A stretch of 64,000 bases of DNA from Bacteroidales bacterium (lineage in GTDB: Bacteria; Bacteroidota; Bacteroidia; Bacteroidales; JAYRGN01). The stretch spans positions 124,924-188,923 of the forward strand of contig JAYRGN010000002.1 of NCBI GenBank assembly GCA_041907825.1. Direction: 5' to 3'. The translations under genes and the position numbers were made by a program. This document shows, one piece after another, positions 8,524 to 17,309 of the stretch; within the stretch, counting starts at the first letter, position 1, and every line of letters starts with the position of its first letter. The notes under the pieces were generated by a model. The model saw only the letters and a program-made list of their open reading frames with translations. It made no database searches and was not told the origin of the DNA.

Positions 8524-10767
8524 CTATTTTATAGATGCGTTCCAAGCCGGCGGGTTGCAGTTTAACAAATGCTGAACAAAAAAATCGCGGCGCTTGCGTT
8601 CGCCGTAAGTTCCACCAAGGGTGTGGTTCATTTCCGGTAAGACAACCAATTCAAAGTCCTTCTTTGCATTAATCAACGCATTGGCAACCTGCATGGTAGA
8701 AGCCGGATCGACGTTATCGTCCATTTCGCCAACAATTAACATCAGGTTCCCTTTTAGTCGCCATGCATTGTCAACATTCGAGCATTCAGCATATTGCGGG
8801 CCAATCGGATAACCCATCCACTGCTCGTTCCACCACATTTTGTCCATGCGATTGTCGTGACAGCCGCACGAAGCCACCGAAGCTTTGTAAAATTCGGGAT
8901 GAAAGAGCACGGCCGCCATTGCGTTCTGGCCTCCGGCCGACCCGCCAAAAATACCAACGCGCGTGGTGTCCATGTACGGATATTTTTCGGCCGCAGCCTT
9001 CGTCCATTTGATGCGGTCGGGAAAGCCGGCGTCTTTCAAATTTTTGTAACACACATTTTGAAAGGCTTTTGAGCGATACGAAGTTCCCATACCGTCAATC
9101 GACACAATGATGAATCCCAGCTCGGCCAGCCCCGAAAACGGATAATAATATGGGCGGAAAGTCTTCGAAACGAAAGCGCCCTGTGGCCCGGCATAAATGT
9201 ATTCGATAATGGGATATTTTTTGTTCGGGTCGAAATTGCTTGGGCGATAGATATTTCCCCAAATTTCGGTTTTACCGTCGCGTGCCGTAGCCGTAAAAAC
9301 TTCGGGCAAGCGATAGCCGGTTTTAAGCAAAGCTGAAATGTCCGCTTTTTCGAGCGAGAGAAGCGCTTTTCCGGTTTTGCCGTCGCGCAGTACCGATTGC
9401 TGCGGCTGGTCGGCTCGTGAGTAACAATCTACAAAGAACTTATAATCAGGCGAAAAGCTTGCATCGTGATTTGCACCTTCGGGCGTAAGGTCGGTTAAGT
9501 TTGTTCCATCAAAATTAACTATATAATAATGAATAAGATACGGGTCTTCGCCCGGATTTTCCCCACTTCCTTTAAAAAGAATGGTGCGGCTTTTTTCGTC
9601 AACGTTTACAACTTCGCGTACAACCCATTCACCATTGGTAATCTGATTCTTAACCTGTCCGGTTGAGCCATCGTACAGGTACAAATGGTTCCAGCCATCG
9701 CGTTCCGACGCCCAAATAATTTCTTTACCATCGTTTACGTCCGACCGGAATTTTTTTCCGCTGTAATCAATAAACGTATTGCTGTGTTCTTTAATCAGTT
9801 CCGTAGTCTGACCCGTAATAGCGTTAACTTCAACTACTTTGTAGTTTTGATGGCCGCGTTCGTTAAATTCGAACGTAAAAGCTCGACTATCTTTAAACCA
9901 ATGTAAATCGCTGATTTCGAACTGATTTTCGTAAGCCTTCGTGTCAACCGGAATTTGTTTTTTGTCGGCTACACTAAAAAGCGACGGCATGCGAATGGGC
10001 AGCGCGTCGCCGGGCTTGAGGTAATCGCGTTTCTGCAAAATAGGCTGTAGCTGCGTTTTGGGCGACGATTCCACAAAATAAATATACTTCTTCGTATTAG
10101 CTCGTACTTTATTGGTAACAAGATGTTTAGAGTCGGGTGCCCACTCAATAAACGACGAATAGAACTCGCCTTCGGAACCGTCGAAACTCAGAGCCGTTTC
10201 TTCGCCGGTTTTGCGGTTTTTCAGGTAAACGTTGTAGTTTTTGATAAAGGCAATCCACGCGCTATCGGGCGAAACGACAGGCGGATTTTTGGTATCGTCA
10301 AAAAAGGCATTCCAGTACTCGTTGGTCTGTGCTTCAATTTTACCTTTGTTAATTATTTGATAATTAGAAAGTTTACATTCATATCGAAAACTATCTACAA
10401 CAAAATTGAAACTTTTAAAGGAAGCATCAAACTTTAACTCCTTGATTGGCAAGGCAAAAGCTTTGTACGATTTGTGTGTCAAACTGTTGAGGCTCTGAGC
10501 CAGTTTCACCTGATCGAAAGCTTCGGCCTTCTTCAAACTTTTGGCATCGACCAACATATATTCCTGACCTTTAGGAGTATGCACTTCGTACCAAAAATGA
10601 GTTCCTTTCTCGTCCCACTTAGGCGAAATGGCTCCGTGGTAAACCAGTTTGCTCCAGTTTTCGGTCGAGTCGGCCCGCTGATAGTCCGACAGGCTAACCT
10701 GAGCTAATAAATTGGTTTGCAGCAATATAAAAATTGCCGTCAGTAGTTGCATTGTTTTGTTTCTCAT
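8524..10767 (-). CDS. dipeptidyl-peptidase IV family (S9B) prolyl peptidase
   Basis: 747 aa; signal peptide; long N-terminal beta-propeller-type region; catalytic-domain motif GIFGGSAGGQNAM (GxSxGG) plus later D and H blocks (VGEMDDNVD, MNHTLGG). Confidence 0.9.
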   Translation of the reverse strand: MRNKTMQLLTAIFILLQTNLLAQVSLSDYQRADSTENWSKLVYHGAISPKWDEKGTHFWYEVHTPKGQEYMLVDAKSLKKAEAFDQVKLAQSLNSLTHKSYKAFALPIKELKFDASFKSFNFVVDSFRYECKLSNYQIINKGKIEAQTNEYWNAFFDDTKNPPVVSPDSAWIAFIKNYNVYLKNRKTGEETALSFDGSEGEFYSSFIEWAPDSKHLVTNKVRANTKKYIYFVESSPKTQLQPILQKRDYLKPGDALPIRMPSLFSVADKKQIPVDTKAYENQFEISDLHWFKDSRAFTFEFNERGHQNYKVVEVNAITGQTTELIKEHSNTFIDYSGKKFRSDVNDGKEIIWASERDGWNHLYLYDGSTGQVKNQITNGEWVVREVVNVDEKSRTILFKGSGENPGEDPYLIHYYIVNFDGTNLTDLTPEGANHDASFSPDYKFFVDCYSRADQPQQSVLRDGKTGKALLSLEKADISALLKTGYRLPEVFTATARDGKTEIWGNIYRPSNFDPNKKYPIIEYIYAGPQGAFVSKTFRPYYYPFSGLAELGFIIVSIDGMGTSYRSKAFQNVCYKNLKDAGFPDRIKWTKAAAEKYPYMDTTRVGIFGGSAGGQNAMAAVLFHPEFYKASVASCGCHDNRMDKMWWNEQWMGYPIGPQYAECSNVDNAWRLKGNLMLIVGEMDDNVDPASTMQVANALINAKKDFELVVLPEMNHTLGGTYGERKRRDFFVQHLLNCNPPAWNASIK

Positions 10768-10787
10768 CTAATATTTCTTTTGCGGTT

Positions 10788-13151
10788 TTACATGGTTTCG
10801 TGTTCGGTACGGCAAATGATCTCATTTTGAAGATCTTCGCCCAAATCGTTAAAATAATCGCTGTACCCGGCAACGCGGACAATCAGGTCGCGGTGGTTTT
10901 CGGGATGCAATTGCGCATCACGCAGTGTATCAGCCGATACGACATTAAATTGAATATGGTGCCCGTCCATTCTGAAATAGCTGCGCACAAGCTGCACCAT
11001 GTTGCGGATGGCTTCGTCGTCCTCGAAAAATTCGGGCGCAAATTTTTGGTTCAGCAATGTGCCGCCGGTGCGCAAATGGTCAATCTTGGCCGCCGAGCGA
11101 ATAACCGCTGTCGGGCCGCAATGGTCGGCACCCTGAACCGGCGAAATGCCTTCGGACAAAGCGATGCGCGCCTTCCGGCCGTCGGGCAGCGCTCCGGTTA
11201 CTTTGCCAAAATACACGTGGCAGGTGGTCGGGAGCAAATTGATGCGATGGACACCGCCCCTTGTGTTGGGCTTTCCGTTAATTGCATCGTAGTATATTTC
11301 AAACACTTTGCAAAGTTGAGCGTCGGCAGCATCGTCGTCGTTGCCATATTTGGGCGTGTTGTAAATCAGTTCGTAACGCAGTTTTTCGAAGCCTTCAAAG
11401 TTGGCACTTAGAGCTTTAAGCATCTCAGACATCGAAACAGCTTGTTTGTCGTAAACCTGAAATTTCATGGCAGCAAGACAATCGGTAATAGAACCTAGCC
11501 CAACTCCCTGAATATAAGTAGTATTGTAACGAGCACCGCCGGCCACGTAATCCATACCTTTGTCGATGCAGTCGTCGATAAATAACGATAGAAAGGGGAC
11601 AGGCAGATTGTTGGCAAAAATTCGTTCTATAATATTGTTACCCTGTATTTTAATGTTGATAAAATATTCGATCTGGCGGCGAAAAGCATCGAGCAACATG
11701 GTGTACGAACTGAAGGTTTCGGGATTGCCGGTTTCGAGTCCTATTCTTTTACCCGAACGCGGGTCGACGCCGTTATTCAACGTAATTTCGAACACCTTCG
11801 GAAGGTTGAAATAGCCCGTAAGTATGTATGCTTCAGTGCCAAATGCACCAGCTTCCACGCAACCGCTCGCTCCGCCACGGCGGGCATCAATCAGGTCTTT
11901 TCCCTGACGGAGATGTTCCTGAATGATGGCGTCGGTGTTGAAAATGGAAGGCTGGCCAAAACCTGTTTTTACAATTTTCATCACACGTTCGAGCATGCGG
12001 TCGGGATTCTTTTTCGAAACCTGAACCATCGAGCTGGGTTGCAGCAAACGCATTTCTTCAATAACGTCCATTATCATGTATGTCATGTCGTTACAAGCAT
12101 CGCTGCCATCGTCTTTTACTCCGCCAAGGTTGATAAGGCAAAAGTCGGTGTATGTGCTGCTTTCTTCGGCCGTTACGCCCACTTTGGGTGGCGACGGGTG
12201 GTTGTTGAACTTCACCCAAAATGCTTCTAAAAGTTCAATAAAGAGCTCTCTATCAAAGGTTCCGTCGGCTTCTTCTTTTAGGTAAAATGGAAAAAGATGC
12301 TGGTCGAGACGGCCAGGGTTGAACGAATCCCACGGATTGAGCTCGGTAACCACGCCCAAATGCACAAACCAGTAATACTGAAGCGCTTCGTGAAGATTTT
12401 GCGGCGCATGGGCCGGAACCCTCCGGCAAACCTTGGCCATTGCGCTCAATTCGGCACGGCGATTTGCATTTTTTTCATTTACAGCCATTTGATCGATGTC
12501 CTCGGCATGGCGTTCGGCCCACATAACCAAGGCATTGGCTGTAATTTCCATAGCCTTAAGCTCTTCGCGTTTTTCGTATGCCTTAGCATCGTTTACAAAA
12601 TCGAGTTTGGAAATGCTTTCGTGTATGTCGTTGATAATGTCGAACATACCTTTGTGGTAAATTTTGTTGCCACAAACGGTATGTCCCGGAGCCCGTTGTT
12701 CTTGAAATTCAGTAAAAATACCGGCTTCGAACGCAGCGTGCCATTCGGGGCTCATGGCGTTCATTATCTTTTCGCGATTGGTTTTGCCAGCCCAAAACGG
12801 AATGATGGTTTCCTCGTAATTCTTCATGGTTTCGGCATCCACTTTAAACGAAACCTTTGGGCGCGAGTCTAAAATTTCGAGGTCGTGCCGCGTGTGCACA
12901 CAAATTTCCGGATATGTGGGAGTTGCCTTAGGTGCAGGTCCGCGTTCGCCCACTATCAATTCGTCAGCGCCAATGTAAATATGTTTGTGCCGAAGAATGT
13001 ACTCGAACGATTTTGCCCGCGTAACCGGTACTGAAAGGCCGCGCGATTCTTCACTTTTGTAAAATTCAGTAATCAATAAAGCCCGTTCGGCTGAAATACG
13101 GTTAACGGCATTGATGCTCTCGTTACGAAGTCGTTTTATTCTGTCGTTCAT
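10788..13151 (-). CDS. glycyl radical enzyme of the PFL-like dehydratase/lyase class; candidate trans-4-hydroxy-L-proline dehydratase (HypD-like)
   Basis: 787 aa; C-terminal glycyl-radical fingerprint LIVRVAGYSDYF; active-site loop GASGCVEAGAFG (Cys-x-Glu); the blocks EQRAPGHTVCG, WDSFNPGRLDQHL and FWVKFNNHPSPPKVG match my recollection of HypD sequences. The GRE call is firm (0.95); the subfamily call is tentative (about 0.5). Confidence 0.9.
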   Translation of the reverse strand: MNDRIKRLRNESINAVNRISAERALLITEFYKSEESRGLSVPVTRAKSFEYILRHKHIYIGADELIVGERGPAPKATPTYPEICVHTRHDLEILDSRPKVSFKVDAETMKNYEETIIPFWAGKTNREKIMNAMSPEWHAAFEAGIFTEFQEQRAPGHTVCGNKIYHKGMFDIINDIHESISKLDFVNDAKAYEKREELKAMEITANALVMWAERHAEDIDQMAVNEKNANRRAELSAMAKVCRRVPAHAPQNLHEALQYYWFVHLGVVTELNPWDSFNPGRLDQHLFPFYLKEEADGTFDRELFIELLEAFWVKFNNHPSPPKVGVTAEESSTYTDFCLINLGGVKDDGSDACNDMTYMIMDVIEEMRLLQPSSMVQVSKKNPDRMLERVMKIVKTGFGQPSIFNTDAIIQEHLRQGKDLIDARRGGASGCVEAGAFGTEAYILTGYFNLPKVFEITLNNGVDPRSGKRIGLETGNPETFSSYTMLLDAFRRQIEYFINIKIQGNNIIERIFANNLPVPFLSLFIDDCIDKGMDYVAGGARYNTTYIQGVGLGSITDCLAAMKFQVYDKQAVSMSEMLKALSANFEGFEKLRYELIYNTPKYGNDDDAADAQLCKVFEIYYDAINGKPNTRGGVHRINLLPTTCHVYFGKVTGALPDGRKARIALSEGISPVQGADHCGPTAVIRSAAKIDHLRTGGTLLNQKFAPEFFEDDEAIRNMVQLVRSYFRMDGHHIQFNVVSADTLRDAQLHPENHRDLIVRVAGYSDYFNDLGEDLQNEIICRTEHETM

Positions 13152-13209
13152 GATGTTATGTTTTTCTTTTTTTGTTCAGATTTACTAAAGGTTGAATGTG
13201 CAAATGCAC

Positions 13210-14010
13210 TCACCCGCCAATTTTTACCCGAAATCCGTCTTGCTTAAATAAGTCGACAAAAGCGTGTAAGTCTTCCTTTTTCAGGCCTTTAACATTTTCG
13301 GGCATGCGACTTTCTATATCAAAACGCTTGTATTTGTTTCGGGCAATGGTGTGGTAAGGAAGTAGGTCGATTTGTTCAATATTCCCGGTTAACGACTTTA
13401 ATAACAATAAAATATCCATCATGTCGTTTTCGTTAAAATTAAAACCTGGAATAACCGGAATCCGTATGCGGACGCGTTTTTTCCGACTCAGTACAAACGC
13501 AAGGTTGTCGATTATAGGCTGAAGCGTAACTCCCGTTGCATCAATGTGTTTCTGAGGATTAGCATGTTTTAGGTCGAATAAAAAAATGTCGGTATACGGA
13601 AGGATCTCTTTGTAAACACTTTGTGCCGCAAAACCGCTGGTGTCGACCGCCGTGTGCAGTCCCTCTTTTTTACACTCCTGCAAAAGAGCAAGCAGAAACT
13701 CCGGCTGAAAAGTAGGCTCGCCTCCCGAAAATGTAACGCCACCGCCAGAATCTTCCATAAACAGCCTATCTCTAACAATTTGCTTTACAACAAATCGACT
13801 ATCCATAAGTTGTCCGGCAGTTTCGGCCTGATTAAATTCAAATCCGTCGAGCTTTACTTTTTTTACAGTGCTAACAGGTTCATGGGTAATACCTTCCGGG
13901 TTATGACACCACAAACATTTAAGCGGACAACCTTTCAGGAATACCGTTGTGCGGATACCCGGCCCGTCGTGCACTGCAAATCGTTTGATATCGAAAACGA
14001 TTCCTTGCAT
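13210..14010 (-). CDS. glycyl-radical enzyme activating protein (radical SAM), PflA-like short form
   Basis: 266 aa; CPLKCLWCHNPE (CxxxCxxC) cluster motif; GGGVTFSGGEP SAM-binding motif; C-terminal VKIGG; lies 58 bp upstream of the GRE on the same strand. Confidence 0.9.
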   Translation of the reverse strand: MQGIVFDIKRFAVHDGPGIRTTVFLKGCPLKCLWCHNPEGITHEPVSTVKKVKLDGFEFNQAETAGQLMDSRFVVKQIVRDRLFMEDSGGGVTFSGGEPTFQPEFLLALLQECKKEGLHTAVDTSGFAAQSVYKEILPYTDIFLFDLKHANPQKHIDATGVTLQPIIDNLAFVLSRKKRVRIRIPVIPGFNFNENDMMDILLLLKSLTGNIEQIDLLPYHTIARNKYKRFDIESRMPENVKGLKKEDLHAFVDLFKQDGFRVKIGG

Positions 14011-14213
14011 GAATTAAAATGAAAAAATTGAACAGAGATACCTATTGAAAAGCAATAAGACTCCTCTTTATGTAATTGATTTATTGATAATTAAAGACAT
14101 AGAACTTGTCTTTGCAGAAAGGAAAGTAGGCTCATAAAATCCAGCATTCGTACAAACCCTTGCCGAATTGATGATAAAGTGTATTTTGGTATTTATTACA
14201 TTCCATATAAAGT

Positions 14214-14221
14214 CAAAAATA
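14214..14221 (-). promoter_or_regulatory. -7 box TAttTTTG, candidate promoter of the activase-GRE operon (long leader)
   Basis: Plus-strand caaaaata. This is the nearest full TAnnTTTG match I found by eye upstream of ATG 14010, about 200 nt away. Confidence 0.3.
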
Positions 14222-14462
14222 CATATTTTTCTGAATATTTATAATTTTTCAAAATTTTGTTGAATATTAGAAATAAGTTATAAAATGCAACATAAATAGA
14301 CTTTTATCATTAATATTTATTTTTATGACTAATATATTTGATAAATCTGTTATGAGCGTATAACTCGATATTTTTATTCTTCACTGACCGGACAGTAAGG
14401 TTAGTCCTGCCTGATTTTTACTTTATAGTTTAGTAGTAAAATTTATTTTAATCTTTCTTATA

Positions 14463-15296
14463 ATGAAAAAGATAGGATTGTATTTGCTCTCACTTTTGTT
14501 CTTGTTTGTATATGTAGACAAAATAAAAGCAGTAGAAGAAATTTCGACTGAAAAATCTGCTGATTCTCTTGTTATTACTGCTCCTCCCGTCGTTTTAAAT
14601 CTGGATCCATTTTATAAAAAATATATTGATGCCAATGGAATTCCAATTGTAAGTTCGTGGCGGGTACCGAACAGAGCAATCTTGCAGGCCCGGTCTATAG
14701 TTGTTTATATGACAAGCATTTTGCCTAAACCCGTTCTTGATAAAATGAAAGCTTCTAAGCTTAGGGTTGGTGTGATGGGACGTTATGAGGGAACCACGAA
14801 TATTCCTGAACATCATCATCTTGTAAATGATACTTCTTTAAATTGGGATCTTCGGGCCCGCGGACTTGGTGGTGATCTGGAACTTCCGCTTACGACTTGT
14901 GCCGAAGAAAATTTACTTTGCTATCAGATTGATAAATATCATGCTGAAGATATTCTTATACACGAATTTGCACATTCTATTCATTTAATTGGAATCGTTC
15001 AGGTTGATACAACTATAAATACCCGGTTGCAAAGCGCGTTGAATGCTGCTAAAGCTGCTGGCAAATGGAAAGACACTTATGCTGCCACCGACATATACGA
15101 GTATTTTGCAGAAGGCGTTCAGGATTGGTTTAATGTTAATGCGGAAGTGCCTGTGCCAGATGGTAAACATTGCTATGTAAACACTCGTGATGAGCTGAAA
15201 GATTATGATCCAACGTTATATGCAATTATAAAAGAATATTTTTCGGAAACTACCGATTGTATAAGCTGCCATTCCATTCCTTTCAATAAAAAATAA
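14463..15296 (+). CDS. putative secreted zinc metallopeptidase (HExxH)
   Basis: 277 aa; signal peptide; ILIHEFAHSIH (HExxH) followed by EYFAEGVQDWF, a gluzincin-like arrangement. Confidence 0.55.
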   Translation: MKKIGLYLLSLLFLFVYVDKIKAVEEISTEKSADSLVITAPPVVLNLDPFYKKYIDANGIPIVSSWRVPNRAILQARSIVVYMTSILPKPVLDKMKASKLRVGVMGRYEGTTNIPEHHHLVNDTSLNWDLRARGLGGDLELPLTTCAEENLLCYQIDKYHAEDILIHEFAHSIHLIGIVQVDTTINTRLQSALNAAKAAGKWKDTYAATDIYEYFAEGVQDWFNVNAEVPVPDGKHCYVNTRDELKDYDPTLYAIIKEYFSETTDCISCHSIPFNKK

Positions 15297-15305
15297 AGGG
15301 TTTAT

Positions 15306-15360
15306 TTCAATAAAAAACGAGCATGTCTAAACAATTTAGGCATGCTCGTTTTTTATTGAA
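15306..15360. terminator. bidirectional terminator, 20-bp perfect inverted repeat
   Basis: ttcaataaaaaacgagcatg (15306-15325) and catgctcgttttttattgaa (15341-15360), with a 15-nt loop. Confidence 0.75.
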
Positions 15361-15533
15361 ATAGGGTTGTTATTTATTCTTTTTCTTTTATTCGTAAAAT
15401 GGTAATTGATAAAGGCTTAAAAGTATATTTGAAATTTGAGTTAAAACCTGAATAAAGAGATGACAGAGGTGTGTATTTACTTTTCCTTCTGTATAGACCT
15501 TAGCTTCGTTTAGATTTGTGCTTGTTTTGCAAT

Positions 15534-16934
15534 CTATTCTTTTCTTTTGAGTGTAATCATAATAACGCCGTTTCGCCCATCTTCTCCGTAGGTTATAATG
15601 GCGTTTTCATTTTTTAACACACTGATCGACTCAATATCCTCTGAATTTATTTTACCGATCTCTTTAAAAGAAGTTCTTTTTCCGTTTACAATACAAAGTG
15701 GTTGATTTGTATTGTTTTCTTGTTGCTGGTCTTTATGCGAAACAACCACACACAGCGTTTTTTTGTTTTCTGAAGAAACCGTGATGGCTTTGGTTGAGTC
15801 ATTGCAAACCGTGATGGTTGTACTTGTATTTGCCAGATTCTGATCTTTAACGTCCTTTATAGTAATTTGTTTTCCATTAACATAAACAGTTGTATTCTCT
15901 GGTAATGAATTGACTGTTACTTCAACGGGTGGAACAGGTGGAGCAGGAGGCATAGGCGGAGTAGTGGGTGCGGATGCTATTGGCTCTGAAACCAGTGTAT
16001 CAGTAAGTGATGCAGAACCTGGCTGAGTGGTGTTGGCTTGTATTGCGTTTTGAACGGATGAGGTTTGTGCAATAACAGTTCTTTCGGTTGTTGCGGTAAG
16101 AACAAACACTACAGCTACCGGCACGAGGAGCGCAAAGTTTTTCAATAGGTGCCATTTCGGAGATTTAGACTTGTTCATCATTTTGATTCGTTTTTTTAAA
16201 AGATTGGTAATAAAATGATTGGCAATCAACAGGCGTTGCCCGCCCATTGCTGTTTGCAGAAGTGAGTATTGGTAGCTTCTGGCTTCTGTTCCATTTATGA
16301 TGATTTGATTGTCAACAATATACTCATGATTTTGAGCAATTGCTTTTTTTAACCACCAAGCAAACGGATTGAACCACTGAACCATTACAATCATTTCGGC
16401 AAGAAACAGATCAAACGAATGGTACTGCTGGCAATGTACCGTTTCGTGCTGAACTATTTGTTCGATATCGGGATGTTCCCTGTATTTATCGGGAACGACG
16501 ATCCATTTGATTAATGAAAATGGTAAAACATTTATTGGCGTGATTGCGAGTATATTCTTACCAAGTTTCTGTTTGTCGGCATTCTTTACAAGCTGAAAAA
16601 CTTTTCGGTATGCCCAAATGAGGCGAAACAGCATAATCAAAATTCCTGTTAAGAATGAGAAAGTGAATAAGTTGTAAAATAAGTCAGTACGAGATAATGT
16701 TGACGAATGAGCGGTGCTGGTGGTAACCTGAAGGGCTTCAACTGGTAAATATACCACGTGTGTGCGAAACGGAATATTGATAAGCGGAATGAGGAACGGT
16801 GCAATTAATGCACATAATAAATAAAACCGATTGCGTACAAACAGTGTGTCGTTGCTAAATAGCAGCTGGTACCCAATATAGAAAATGGATATCCCTAAAG
16901 CTACTTTCAGATTATAAGCGAGCAGCGTGTTCAT
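15534..16934 (-). CDS. BlaR1/MecR1-like M56 peptidase signal transducer with Pro-rich linker and TonB-dependent-receptor-plug-like C-terminal domain
   Basis: 466 aa; N-terminal TM helices; HETVHCQQYH (HExxH) and downstream NHEYIVDN; linker PTTPPMPPAPPVPPVEV; C-terminus SEDIESISVLKNENAIITYGEDGRNGVIMITLKRKE; 4-nt overlap with the upstream BlaI-like gene. Confidence 0.85.
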   Translation of the reverse strand: MNTLLAYNLKVALGISIFYIGYQLLFSNDTLFVRNRFYLLCALIAPFLIPLINIPFRTHVVYLPVEALQVTTSTAHSSTLSRTDLFYNLFTFSFLTGILIMLFRLIWAYRKVFQLVKNADKQKLGKNILAITPINVLPFSLIKWIVVPDKYREHPDIEQIVQHETVHCQQYHSFDLFLAEMIVMVQWFNPFAWWLKKAIAQNHEYIVDNQIIINGTEARSYQYSLLQTAMGGQRLLIANHFITNLLKKRIKMMNKSKSPKWHLLKNFALLVPVAVVFVLTATTERTVIAQTSSVQNAIQANTTQPGSASLTDTLVSEPIASAPTTPPMPPAPPVPPVEVTVNSLPENTTVYVNGKQITIKDVKDQNLANTSTTITVCNDSTKAITVSSENKKTLCVVVSHKDQQQENNTNQPLCIVNGKRTSFKEIGKINSEDIESISVLKNENAIITYGEDGRNGVIMITLKRKE

Positions 16935-17293
16935 TTTTTTCCTTTTTCGATCAGATTAATAATTTCTTTTAAGTCGTCGACGCTAAGTTTCTCTTCCTGA
17001 GCAAAAAATGAAACAATTTCTTTATAAGAATTTTCAAAATAACTGTCAACAAAGCCCGAAAGGAAATTGCTGGTATATGCTTCTTTTGTGATAAGCGGAT
17101 AATACTCGTATGTGTTGCCATAGGTTTTATGATCGACATAATTTTTAGCTTCGAGGCTGCGAATAAGCGATGAAATTGTATTGTAATGAGGTTTTGGGTC
17201 GGGAAAATTGTCGAGAACATCTTTTGCAAATCCTTTTTCTATTTTCCAGAGTGCCTGCATTGCTTTTTCTTCTTGTCTTGTAAGCTTTTCCAT
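16931..17293 (-). CDS. BlaI/MecI/CopY-family transcriptional repressor
   Basis: 120 aa; winged-helix N-terminus LTRQEEKAMQALWK...YNTISSLIRSLEAKNYV; paired with an M56 transducer, the classical arrangement. Confidence 0.9.
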   Translation of the reverse strand: MEKLTRQEEKAMQALWKIEKGFAKDVLDNFPDPKPHYNTISSLIRSLEAKNYVDHKTYGNTYEYYPLITKEAYTSNFLSGFVDSYFENSYKEIVSFFAQEEKLSVDDLKEIINLIEKGKK

Positions 17294-17309
17294 AAATCAA
17301 ATCAATTTG

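Noticed and set aside
8621-9072. Cluster of five overlapping 63-92 aa ORFs in several frames inside the DPP-IV gene
   Set aside because: This is a locally GC-rich stretch of the catalytic domain and produces stop-poor shadow frames. The 747-aa DPP-IV frame, with its conserved motifs, explains the region.
10734-12872. Long antisense ORFs (225, 105, 69 and 191 aa) opposite the glycyl radical enzyme gene
   Set aside because: These are shadow ORFs of a long, relatively GC-rich, strongly conserved gene. Their translations are low-complexity, Arg/Gly/Val-rich and carry no recognisable motifs.
8524-14010. Compositional (horizontally acquired) island covering the GRE/DPP-IV block
   Set aside because: Hand counts of single 60-nt lines gave 33/60 and 35/60 G+C inside the GRE, against 20/60 in gldM and 22/60 in the 31.7-kb lipoprotein gene. 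A line inside the core gene radA also gave 34/60. The difference may therefore reflect gene-to-gene variation rather than an island. A sliding-window GC and codon-usage analysis is needed before making any claim.
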